In this document: positions 16,949 through 25,217 of the stretch, piece after piece
Position numbering within the stretch: position 1 is the stretch's first letter
Layout: each line of letters opens with the position of its first letter
Origin: Dehalococcoidales bacterium
GTDB taxonomy: Bacteria > Chloroflexota > Dehalococcoidia > Dehalococcoidales > BS750m-G39
DNA length: 53,473 nt
Direction: 5' to 3'
NCBI GenBank assembly: GCA_034409905.1
Contig: DAOUMR010000080.1
Coordinates: 1-53,473 of the forward strand
Notes under the pieces: generated by a model
Told to the model about the DNA's origin: nothing
Database searches by the model: none
The model's input: the letters and a program-made list of their open reading frames with translations, nothing else
Position numbers and translations under genes: made by a program

Positions 16949-17857
16949 GTGAAAGAAGCTGTTGACAGTTTCCTGGACTATCTGGCGGTGGAGAAGGGCT
17001 TTTCGGCCAACACCATAGCCGCCTATCGCAACGACCTGCACCAGCTCGCCAGCTTCATTGAGGAAGAGGCGTCCAGGCGGGGCACCATACCGCCCTGGGC
17101 GGCTTTCGACCGCCAGGCGATGATGACTTATCTGCTGGAGCTTAAAGGCAGGGGCTATGCCGCCGCCACCGTCGCCCGCAAGGTTGCCGCCGTCAAGTCC
17201 TTTTTCGGCTTTATGGTCGCCGAGGGGATGATGAAGGATAACCCGACGGAGGGGGTGGCTGCGTCCAAGGTGGGCAAGTCGCTGCCCAAGCCGATTTCCA
17301 TCGCCCAGGTGCACAAGCTGCTGGAGCAACCGAACAAGTCGGCTGCCGCCGAAGCCAAGCGAGACAAGGCGATGCTGGAACTGCTCTACGCCACCGGCAT
17401 GAGGGTCAGCGAGCTGGTGGCCCTGAACCTGCCCGACCTGGATACCGAAGGCGGCTACGTGCGCTGCTTCGGCAAGGGGCACAAAGAAAGGATTATTCCC
17501 GTCCACGAAAGGGCGATTAAGGCGGTTAAAGATTACCTGAAAGAGGTCAGGCCGCGACTGGGGCGGGGTGGGGACGAAAAGGCGGTCTTCTTAAACCGCC
17601 GCGGCGAAAGGCTGACCCGGCAGGGCTTATGGCAGATACTGAAAGGTTACGCCAAAGCCGCCGAGCTGGGGACGGAGATTACCCCCCATACATTGCGGCA
17701 CAGCTTTGCCACCCACATGCTGGGGGGCGGCGCCGACCTGAGGTCAGTGCAGGAACTACTGGGACACGCCAACATCTCCACCACCCAGGTCTATACCCAC
17801 CTCACCACCGAGCACGTCCGTCGCGCTTACGAGAAATCTCACCCCAGGGCCAAATAG
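16949..17857 (+). CDS. xerD: Tyrosine recombinase XerC/XerD
   Basis: GTG start with SD GAGGGAGAG. Core-binding domain (YLAVEKGFSANTIAAYRNDL). Catalytic R...HxLRHSFATH...GH...Y. XerC and XerD cannot be separated by eye. Confidence 0.85.
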   Translation: MKEAVDSFLDYLAVEKGFSANTIAAYRNDLHQLASFIEEEASRRGTIPPWAAFDRQAMMTYLLELKGRGYAAATVARKVAAVKSFFGFMVAEGMMKDNPTEGVAASKVGKSLPKPISIAQVHKLLEQPNKSAAAEAKRDKAMLELLYATGMRVSELVALNLPDLDTEGGYVRCFGKGHKERIIPVHERAIKAVKDYLKEVRPRLGRGGDEKAVFLNRRGERLTRQGLWQILKGYAKAAELGTEITPHTLRHSFATHMLGGGADLRSVQELLGHANISTTQVYTHLTTEHVRRAYEKSHPRAK

Positions 17858-17866
17858 GAGTTTGAT

Positions 17867-18157
17867 ATGTCAGGCAAATCGAGAAGGCGGGGCCGAAGGC
17901 TTTCCCGCAGCCAGAGAAGAAAGTTAGGCAGGGTAATTGCCGCCCCGGTAGTTGAATCAGCCGCGCCGACGGCTCAGAAGCCCGCGCCAGCGCCAACGCC
18001 ACGGGCGGCGCCCGCTGTTACCAGAGCGCCAGCCGCGAGGATGGCGGTACAGGCAGCGCCCCCCGACGTAGCCGGAGAGCTGAAGCGGATTGGGATAGTG
18101 GGGGGGATAATAGTGGCTCTGCTGGTGGCGGCCTATTTCGTTTTGCCTTTGTTTTAG
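17867..18157 (+). CDS. Arg-rich, Pro/Ala-rich tail-anchored membrane protein (96 aa)
   Basis: SD AGGAG upstream. N-terminus MSGKSRRRGRRLSRSQRRK, low-complexity linker, C-terminal TM segment. Confidence 0.4.
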   Translation: MSGKSRRRGRRLSRSQRRKLGRVIAAPVVESAAPTAQKPAPAPTPRAAPAVTRAPAARMAVQAAPPDVAGELKRIGIVGGIIVALLVAAYFVLPLF

Positions 18158-18171
18158 CCTAAACGCGCCGA

Positions 18172-18828
18172 GTGGGTGCCTATATGGACTTGGATTTTGA
18201 GGTCGCCAGGGCTGAGTTAATTGACCAGCTCAGCACCGAGATTAAGGATAAGCGGGTACTGGCGGCCATGCGCTCCATACCCCGCGAGCATTTCGTGCCC
18301 CGCGAGAGCCGACACCTGGCTTACCAGGATAGACCCCTGCCCATCGGTTACGACCAGACCATCTCACAGCCCTTTATCATCGCCCTTATGACCGAGGCGC
18401 TGGAGCTCAAGGGTGGGGAGAAGGTGCTGGAGGTGGGCACCGGCAGCGGCTATCAGGCGGCTATCCTGGCGCGGCTGGCCCGCCTGGTGATTACCACCGA
18501 GCGGGTTTCGGCTCTGGCTGACAGGGCGAAAAGGCTGCTGGACGAGCTTGGCTGCAACAATGTCGAGGTGCACCGGGCGGAGGGGACGCTGGGCTGGCGG
18601 CGGTTAGCACCCTACGACGCCATAATGGTTACCGCCGCCGCCCCCAAGGTGCCGCCTGAGCTTTTAGCGCAGCTGGCCATCGGGGGGAGGATGGTGGTCC
18701 CCGTGGGCTCGCGCCATATCCAGGAGCTGTGCAAGGTCACCAGGGGCCCTAAGAAGACGACAATCCGCAACCTGGGCGGCTGCCGTTTCGTAGCCCTTAT
18801 CGGCCGGGGCGCCTGGGAAGAAGAGTAG
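18172..18828 (+). CDS. pcm: Protein-L-isoaspartate O-methyltransferase
   Basis: QTISQPFIIALM, SAM motif VLEVGTGSGYQAAIL. The true start may be the ATG at 18184. Confidence 0.85.
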   Translation: MGAYMDLDFEVARAELIDQLSTEIKDKRVLAAMRSIPREHFVPRESRHLAYQDRPLPIGYDQTISQPFIIALMTEALELKGGEKVLEVGTGSGYQAAILARLARLVITTERVSALADRAKRLLDELGCNNVEVHRAEGTLGWRRLAPYDAIMVTAAAPKVPPELLAQLAIGGRMVVPVGSRHIQELCKVTRGPKKTTIRNLGGCRFVALIGRGAWEEE

Positions 18829-18842
18829 TAAGGGAGTTCGAT

Positions 18843-19415
18843 GTGGAAACATTAGACGCTATTAGTAAGAGGCGAAGTATACGCCGGTTTAAATCCACTC
18901 CGGTGGAAGACGAGAAAATCGAGAAGGTCCTGGAGGCCGCCCGACAGGCGCCTTCCTGGGCGAATACCCAGTGCTGGCGGTTTATCGTGGTGCGGGACGT
19001 CAATATGATACACCGCCTGGCCGATACCGGTTTCGGTGTGGGTGGGTCTATGCCTAACCGCGCCACCGAGGCGATGCGGGTAGCACCGGTGACCATCGTC
19101 GTCTGCGCCGAGTTGGGCAAGGCGGGCTGCAGCTATAGAGAGCCCCACGAGCCGGTTACCGATAAGGGTGACTGGTTCATGTTCGATACCGCCCTGGCCA
19201 TGCAGAATATGGTGCTGGCGGCCACGGCGCTGGGGCTGGGCACGGTCTATATCGGCGCCTTCGATTCGGTGGCGGCGGAAAAGGTGCTGGGGGTGCCCGA
19301 GGGATACAAAGTCGTCTCGATGACGCCGCTGGGCTATCCCGACGAGGACCCCAAGCCCAGACCGCGTAAAGAGCTTGCCGAGGTTGTCTTTCAGGATAAA
19401 TTCGGCGCTAAATAG
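18843..19415 (+). CDS. Nitroreductase family protein
   Basis: RRSIRRF...APSWANTQCWRFIVV... and a C-terminal nitroreductase-fold pattern. GTG start with SD AGGGAG. Confidence 0.75.
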   Translation: METLDAISKRRSIRRFKSTPVEDEKIEKVLEAARQAPSWANTQCWRFIVVRDVNMIHRLADTGFGVGGSMPNRATEAMRVAPVTIVVCAELGKAGCSYREPHEPVTDKGDWFMFDTALAMQNMVLAATALGLGTVYIGAFDSVAAEKVLGVPEGYKVVSMTPLGYPDEDPKPRPRKELAEVVFQDKFGAK

Positions 19416-19439
19416 CCTTCGACTCGCCCGTGATGGAGG

Positions 19440-20759
19440 GTGAGAGTGAAGAAGCTTTGGTTAATAGCTTTGCTGCTGGTTGTTTTGCCGTTAATCATTA
19501 GCGGCTGCACTGGCTCTTACCCCAAGGAGCTTATTAGCGAAGTCTTGAGCGACGGGAGCAACCCCTTTGTCGCCTACCGGCTAGAGAGGGATGTCGGCGC
19601 TCACGATGTCCATCTGCAAAAGCTGGACGACGACGGTGACGTCCGTTGGGACGAGACGCTTTATAGCGGCGACCAAAGCCGTGTAGGTGACGTCAGCATG
19701 GTGGCTGGGAATGATGGCGTTCTGGTTGCCTGGGATGTCCTCCTGCCTAAAGACGGCGGGGAAGGACCACATCGCTTCGACCATACCACGCTGGCCAGCG
19801 TTGATGATAAAGGCAACGTGCGCTGGCAGCAGGATTTCCCCGATGAGGCTATACAAATGGTGGCCGATGGGGGAGGCGGGGTTATTATGGCTTGGCAAGA
19901 CAGTGGAGTCTGCTACGCCCGGCGGGTGGATAGCCAGGGCGACGTGCTCTGGGAGGAGACCATTGGCGGCAGCGGCGGTGGCTTGACGATGGTGGTGGGG
20001 GGAGAGAGGGAGGCTCTTATTCTCTGGAACGACTACGATAACCAGTGCTTCCTAGTGCAGAAGGTAAGCGCGGACGGAGAGCTCTTGTGGCCCAAAGCAG
20101 GCGTGACCGTAGAATATGGAGAGACGGTATTGCCCCCCGAACCGCAGATGGTGAGCGACGGCATGGGCGGGGCTATTGTCGCCTGGGTCGAGGAGCTCGG
20201 CGACCAACCGCCCGGTTGCGTATGGTTACAGTTCATCGGCGACGAGGGCCAGGATTTGGGTAAGACCTCCATCGGTGAGCCGCCGCCGGCGGTGCCGAAT
20301 ATACGCCTGGTCGCTGGCGAGCCGCTGGGCTATATCGTCGTCTGGGAGAGCGTATACGACGGCATAGAGCTGCGCGCGATGCGGAGTAATCCTTTAAGTT
20401 CTTACCTCTGGCCGCAGGAGGGCGTCTCCGTTTGTTCCGGTCTGAACCAGTCACCACGGTTCAATGCTATCAGCGATGGGAAGGGCGGGGTGGTGGTTGT
20501 CTGGATAGACGGCGACCGGGATCTCTACGCTCAGAGGCTGGATAGCATGGGGGAAAAGTTGTGGGGTGATGAGGGCGTGCTCATTACTCACGGAGCCTGC
20601 GAGTTGTCGGTGTGGGTGGTGGGGGACAGCTATAACGGCTTTATCGTGGGCTGGACGAGCGGTTTTACTACCTACCACCCCGATGACTCGTATCTACAGA
20701 AGATAGACGCTCAGGGCAATGCCCTCTGGGAAGAGGGAGGCATCAAAATACGTCTCTGA
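19440..20759 (+). CDS. Lipoprotein with about eight roughly 50-aa repeats (beta-propeller-like)
   Basis: Signal peptide plus lipobox LIISGC. Recurring D-x-x-G-x-x-x-W units (DDDGDVRWDE, DDKGNVRWQQ, DSQGDVLWEE, SADGELLWPK, DSMGEKLWGD, DAQGNALWEE). Confidence 0.55.
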   Translation: MRVKKLWLIALLLVVLPLIISGCTGSYPKELISEVLSDGSNPFVAYRLERDVGAHDVHLQKLDDDGDVRWDETLYSGDQSRVGDVSMVAGNDGVLVAWDVLLPKDGGEGPHRFDHTTLASVDDKGNVRWQQDFPDEAIQMVADGGGGVIMAWQDSGVCYARRVDSQGDVLWEETIGGSGGGLTMVVGGEREALILWNDYDNQCFLVQKVSADGELLWPKAGVTVEYGETVLPPEPQMVSDGMGGAIVAWVEELGDQPPGCVWLQFIGDEGQDLGKTSIGEPPPAVPNIRLVAGEPLGYIVVWESVYDGIELRAMRSNPLSSYLWPQEGVSVCSGLNQSPRFNAISDGKGGVVVVWIDGDRDLYAQRLDSMGEKLWGDEGVLITHGACELSVWVVGDSYNGFIVGWTSGFTTYHPDDSYLQKIDAQGNALWEEGGIKIRL

Positions 20760-20795
20760 ATTTTTATAGGCTGACTATCGAAAGGAGACTCTCTG

Positions 20796-21281
20796 ATGAA
20801 CGAACTGGGACTGGTGGCCCCTTACTGGGTGATTGTACTGATATGGCTGGCCAAGGTAGTGCTGCTCGCCTTCGTTTCGGTGCTGCTGGCCTGGTTAGGA
20901 GTGCTGACGTTTGATGCGCTTACCCCCCACATCCATGAGCGCCAGCGCATCGGGGAGAGCCCGGTGGCGGTGGGCATTTTTATCGCTGGCTTTTTCATCT
21001 TTATGGGGCTGGTTATCCACGGCGCGGTCAGCGCCCTGACTGCGGTCACCGAACCCATAGTCTGGTACATCTTCGACTTTAGAATCTGGGGGCTGCTGGC
21101 GATAAGCTTCGTGGTGAGTCTGCTCGTAGGGGTAGCCATATTCTACATTTTCGACAAGCTGACGCCGAAGATACCTTTTATCAGCATAAACCGCAGCCCG
21201 GTGGCGGTGGGGATATTCGTAGGCGGCTACCTCGTCTTTTTCGGGCTGATACTGCACGCTGCCCTGACGGGACCGTTATGA
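20796..21281 (+). CDS. DUF350 domain membrane protein (two repeats)
   Basis: Two copies of F-D-x-L-T-P-x-I...SPVAVGIF(I/V)(A/G)G...GL(V/I)(I/L)H, resembling the duplicated YjfL-type DUF350 unit. Confidence 0.6.
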   Translation: MNELGLVAPYWVIVLIWLAKVVLLAFVSVLLAWLGVLTFDALTPHIHERQRIGESPVAVGIFIAGFFIFMGLVIHGAVSALTAVTEPIVWYIFDFRIWGLLAISFVVSLLVGVAIFYIFDKLTPKIPFISINRSPVAVGIFVGGYLVFFGLILHAALTGPL

Positions 21282-22126
21282 AAAGAATCGGCATTTTAAT
21301 CAGTCTAGCCCTCATCATCTTAAGCGGGCTGGCCGGCGCTGGCTATGTCTGGGCTTCCTCGTCGGGAGGTTTCTACGACATCAATGGCGAAATCTTCGAC
21401 GACTGGTCGATATGCCGCACGCGCTCTTTCGGCGAGGACGGTTTTTACCAGCTGACGGCCACCAATTTTCGTCCAGTTATCGCCTTCGAGAGCCTGGGGG
21501 AGAACGCCGATATGGCCTACCGCCTGGGGCAGGAGATAGCCGCGGAGTATCCCGACATCGTCCAGCGAGCGGAGGCGGTATTCTACTTCGTGCGGGACAG
21601 GGTAAGGTATACCAGCGACATCGACCTGGTAGGCTATGAGGAGTTCGCCATAAACGCCGACGAGCTGGCGGTTATTATCGACAATGACAGGCTGGGCTAC
21701 GGCGACTGTGAGGACAGTGCCGTGCTGCTGGCGGTGATGTGCCAGGGGGCAGGGCTGCGCTCGGCCATAGCCATCGGCGAGGAGCATACCGCCGCCCTCA
21801 TCTTTCTGCCCGATTACGACCAGGCCACCGCCTTTTTCGAGCTTTCCGGGGAGATGGGCTGGATATGGGCCGAAGCCACCGGCAGGGATAACCCGCTGGG
21901 CTGGGTGCCCAAGGAGTTCCTGGACGTGAGGGTGGTTGCCTACGAGGTGACCGAGGAGACACTGGCCCGCGCCAAGGAAGCCTCGCAGCCGGAGGTTACC
22001 GTGGCGCAGACGGATGTGGGGGTTGGGGGAGGCAGCAATTTTTCTATGCTTTTCCCCTTTTTAGGGGTGGTTTTCTTTTTGTGGTTTTTCAGTTCTTTGT
22101 TCCGGAGGAGGAAGCGGGCTAGATAG
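21278..22126 (+). CDS. Transglutaminase-like cysteine peptidase domain protein, membrane anchored
   Basis: Signal/TM at the N-terminus. Core GYGDCEDSAVLLAVMCQGAGLRSAI...EHTAALIF...WIWAEATG. C-terminal TM plus RRRKRAR. Start overlaps the previous stop (ATGA). Confidence 0.6.
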   Translation: MKRIGILISLALIILSGLAGAGYVWASSSGGFYDINGEIFDDWSICRTRSFGEDGFYQLTATNFRPVIAFESLGENADMAYRLGQEIAAEYPDIVQRAEAVFYFVRDRVRYTSDIDLVGYEEFAINADELAVIIDNDRLGYGDCEDSAVLLAVMCQGAGLRSAIAIGEEHTAALIFLPDYDQATAFFELSGEMGWIWAEATGRDNPLGWVPKEFLDVRVVAYEVTEETLARAKEASQPEVTVAQTDVGVGGGSNFSMLFPFLGVVFFLWFFSSLFRRRKRAR

Positions 22127-22575
22127 GGTTTGCCCACTCCAGCTTACTTTTCCCACCCAAACCCCACCCTAAACTTTCCAACCTCTCTTTAACTCTCTTA
22201 TCCACTCTGAACATTCCCCCCCCATCTTGGCGAACGTGGGTTTTTCGCCCCAACCCAGCCCGCCCTAATGAGTTAAACTCCTTAACTTGGGGGCACTTTG
22301 CCTCCCACCCCTTTTTAATCTTTTCCCGCCCACCGCCCTTTAAGGTAAAGAGGGGCGCAGCCCCTCTTAAACACCCCAGAGCGTCGTTAGTCTTATACAT
22401 TTCGGGGGTTCCAAAGGGGGCGAAGCCCCATTTGAAAGACCTTTGTGGGCGGGCTGGTGTGGGAAAAACAACCTGGGGGGTGGGGGAAAAGAAAGACTGG
22501 ATTCCCGCCTTCGCGGGAATGACGGGGAGATTGCTTCGCTTCGCTCGCAATGACAATAGAACCGGGGGGATAATC
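22127..22575. repeat. Mosaic repeat cluster R5 (largest: A variants, X, two H hairpins, reversed A half, P1, P2)
   Basis: Contains CCCACCCAAACCCCACCC, ...CCCAGCCCGCCCTAATGAGTTAAACTCCTTAACTTGGGGG, CTTTTTAATCTTTTCCCGCCCACCGCCCTTTAAGGTAAAGAGGGGCGCAGCCCCTCTTAAACACCCC, CCAAAGGGGGCGAAGCCCCATTTG, ATTCCCGCCTTCGCGGGAAT (22501-22520) and GATTGCTTCGCTTCGCTCGCAATGAC (22529-22554). Confidence 0.85.
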
Positions 22576-22585
22576 AAAAAGTCAC

Positions 22586-22614
22586 TTGCTCTATGAGGCG
22601 GCTCTGATTATAAT
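22586..22614 (+). promoter_or_regulatory. Sigma70-type promoter for the EF-G paralog
   Basis: TTGCTC (22586-22591), 17 nt, TATAAT (22609-22614). Confidence 0.45.
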
Positions 22615-22647
22615 AGGGGGGTTAGCTTAGAGAGTAGGTGGCATTGT

Positions 22648-24708
22648 ATGCAACAGTATGGACTGGAGAATATCAGAAACGTGGTCTTGCTGTCTCACAG
22701 CGGCGCGGGCAAGACATCGGCCTCGGAGGCGATGCTGTTTAGCGCCGGAGCCATCAAGCGGCTGGGCAAGGTTGATGACGGCAGCACCACCTCGGACTAC
22801 GACCCCGACGAGGTAAAGCGACAGATAAGCATAAGCCTTTCTCTGCTCCCTCTGGAGTGGAAGGGGGCCAAGCTGAATATTATCGATACCCCTGGCTATT
22901 CCGACTTCGTCGGCGAGGTCAGGGCGGCGATGAGGGTTTGTGAAGGGGCGGTGATTATGGTCTGCGCGGCTTCGGGGGTTGAGGTGGGCACCGAGCAGGT
23001 CTGGGGATACTGTGAGCAAGGCAGCCTGCCGCGGCTTATCTTTATCAACAAGATGGACAGGGAGAACGCCGACTTTAACAAGACGGTGGGACAGATTCAA
23101 GAGCGCTTCGGCGCCAAGTGCCTGCCGTTACAGCTGCCCATCGGCTCTCAAAATACCTTCGAGGGCGTCGTCAGCCTGCTGACGATGAAAGCCTACACCG
23201 GCAGCGACGCCAAAGAGGGGGATATTCCCGAAGCGCTCCAGTCCCAGGCCAACTCTTTTCGCGAGAAGCTGATAGAAGCGGCGGCTGAAGTTGACGACAA
23301 ACTCATCGAAAAATACCTGGAGGGGCAGGAGCTGAGCCAGGAGGAAATCGGGGCGGGGCTGCGCCAGGCGATAACGGCCGGAAAGCTGGTGCCCATCCTG
23401 ACCGGCTCGGCACTGAAGAACATCGGCATTGGCCTGCTGATGGACGCCATACACGGTTACCTGCCCTCGGCTAAAGATAGCAAGGTGATAACCGTCACCG
23501 ATTCCAAGGAGCAGACATCGGCGCCGAGCGCGGATGCCCCCTTAGCTGCCCTCGTCTTCAAGACTACCGCCGACCCCTACGTGGGCAAGCTGACCTATTT
23601 CCGCGTCTATAACGGCGCTATGGCCAGCAACTCGCAGGTCTGGAACGCCAACCGCAAGGGCGCCGAGCGCATCGGGCAGTTGTTTATGGTTCGGGGCAAG
23701 AACCAGGAACCGGTGCCGCAGGTCGGGGCGGGGGATATGGGGGCGGTAGCCAAGCTGACCACGACCAACACCGGTGATACCCTTTGCACGCAGGCGAAGC
23801 CGCTCAAGATTGCTCCTATCGAGTTCCCCGAGCCGGTCTTCAGCCTGGCGGTGCACCCCAAGACCAAGGCTGACCTGGATAAGCTGGGTTCGGCTTTAAC
23901 CAGGCTCGCCGAGGAAGACCTCACCATCGAGGTGCGCCGCGAGACGAGCACCAACGAGACGATTCTATCGGGAATCGGCGAATCGCAGCTCGAGGTCGCC
24001 GCCGACCGTATGCAGCGCAAGTTCGGGGTGGGGGTGAAGCTGGATGTGCCCAAGGTGCCCTACCGGGAGACGATTATGGCCGGGGCTAAGGCCGAGTATA
24101 AGCATAAGAAGCAGACGGGGGGCCACGGCCAGTACGGGCATGTCCTCCTTGAGCTGGAGCCTTTGCCGAGGGGTACCGGGCACGAGTTCGCCAATAAGAC
24201 AGTGGGTGGCTCCATACCCCGCAACTATATCCCCGCCGTGGAGAAGGGGGTCAACGAAGCCGTGCAGGAGGGGGTGCTGGCAGGTTACCCGGTAGTTGAC
24301 GTCAGGGCGACGGTCTATGACGGCAGTTTCCACCCGGTGGACTCCTCGGAGATATGCTTTAAGATTGCCGGGGCGGGGGCGTTCAAGAAAGGCCTGGCCG
24401 AGGGGCAGCCCATCCTGCTCGAGCCGATAATGAACATCGAGGTCACCGTCCCCGAGGACTATACGGGGGATATTATCGGCGACCTGAACACCAAGCGGGC
24501 CAGAGTGCAGGGAATGAACCCCGGGGGTGGCTATAACGTCATCGAAGCCCAGGTGCCTCAGGCCGAGATTTTGCGCTATTCCATCGACCTGAAGTCAATC
24601 ACCCAGGGGCGGGGCAGCTACAAAGCCAGCTTCAGTCACTACGAAGAGGTGCCCGCCCACATTACCGAGAAGATTATCGCCGCTAGGCAGGCGGAGAAGG
24701 CCTCGTGA
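22648..24708 (+). CDS. Elongation factor G paralog (EF-G-like GTPase with a divergent G domain)
   Basis: 686 aa with five-domain EF-G layout. G1 SHSGAGKTS (canonical AHIDAGKTT), switch II DTPGYSDF (canonical DTPGHVDF), G4 NKMD. Confidence 0.85.
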   Translation: MQQYGLENIRNVVLLSHSGAGKTSASEAMLFSAGAIKRLGKVDDGSTTSDYDPDEVKRQISISLSLLPLEWKGAKLNIIDTPGYSDFVGEVRAAMRVCEGAVIMVCAASGVEVGTEQVWGYCEQGSLPRLIFINKMDRENADFNKTVGQIQERFGAKCLPLQLPIGSQNTFEGVVSLLTMKAYTGSDAKEGDIPEALQSQANSFREKLIEAAAEVDDKLIEKYLEGQELSQEEIGAGLRQAITAGKLVPILTGSALKNIGIGLLMDAIHGYLPSAKDSKVITVTDSKEQTSAPSADAPLAALVFKTTADPYVGKLTYFRVYNGAMASNSQVWNANRKGAERIGQLFMVRGKNQEPVPQVGAGDMGAVAKLTTTNTGDTLCTQAKPLKIAPIEFPEPVFSLAVHPKTKADLDKLGSALTRLAEEDLTIEVRRETSTNETILSGIGESQLEVAADRMQRKFGVGVKLDVPKVPYRETIMAGAKAEYKHKKQTGGHGQYGHVLLELEPLPRGTGHEFANKTVGGSIPRNYIPAVEKGVNEAVQEGVLAGYPVVDVRATVYDGSFHPVDSSEICFKIAGAGAFKKGLAEGQPILLEPIMNIEVTVPEDYTGDIIGDLNTKRARVQGMNPGGGYNVIEAQVPQAEILRYSIDLKSITQGRGSYKASFSHYEEVPAHITEKIIAARQAEKAS

Positions 24709-24714
24709 GCGGGG

Positions 24715-25150
24715 TGTGCGCGGCTAACCACCCCGCCCTGTTAGCGTAGGTAATTTCGTCCCACCCACTTACCGCCCTTAGAGGGTATTCTCCCTCTAGC
24801 ATTCCTTTTGAGGGGACGTGTCCCCGCCACCCCGATTTTATCTATTCCCGCCCACCGCCCCACTCTGTCGGCGTACGTTATTTCTTCCCACCCAATACCC
24901 ACCCTATAGAGGTTAGACCTCTGTAGACTTCTTATTTGGGAGATGCATCTCCTCCCCGCCCCACCTTGTTTAGCGTGCGTATTGTTTTCCCACCCAATAC
25001 CCACCCTATAAAGGTGTAACCTCTATAAACTTCTCTCCCCGTCCAACCAAGAATATCAAAATCCTAAATTCTAAATCACTTAATTTCTTCTTTTTTAGGA
25101 TTTAGATATTAGGATTTCGTGCTTAGAGTTTTGGGTGGGTGGGAATAGGT
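24715..25150. repeat. Mosaic repeat cluster R6 (A, X, A, A in tandem, then AT-rich module Z)
   Basis: Three same-orientation A copies (about 24728-24830, 24860-24955, 24958-25040) with X (CCCCGATTTTATCTATTCCCGCCCACCGCC) after the first. Z at about 25045-25135 (AAATCCTAAATTCTAAATC...TTAGGATTTAGATATTAGGATTTCGTGCTTAGAGTT). Confidence 0.85.
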
Positions 25151-25217
25151 TGAGACAGGGTGACGTGCGCTTTTTCAAAATGACGTATGGAAGCAGGGGT
25201 GTCTTTAGGAGGAGGCT

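Noticed and set aside
16772-17506. 244-aa minus-strand ORF overlapping the uvrC start and xerD
   Set aside because: It is antisense to two confidently identified genes. It is a typical GC-rich shadow ORF with an Arg/Gly/Leu/His-rich low-complexity product.
16949-17857. Tyrosine recombinase as a sign of an integrated mobile element
   Set aside because: The sequence has the XerC/XerD housekeeping pattern, sits among core genes (uvrC, pcm), and has no flanking att-like repeats, phage genes or compositional shift.
22119-22577. 152-aa minus-strand ORF, and similar ORFs at 24741-25004, 47942-48136, 43239-43481 and 10972-11214
   Set aside because: They lie entirely within mosaic repeat clusters, have no SD, and their open frames are a by-product of the C/G-tract-rich repeats.
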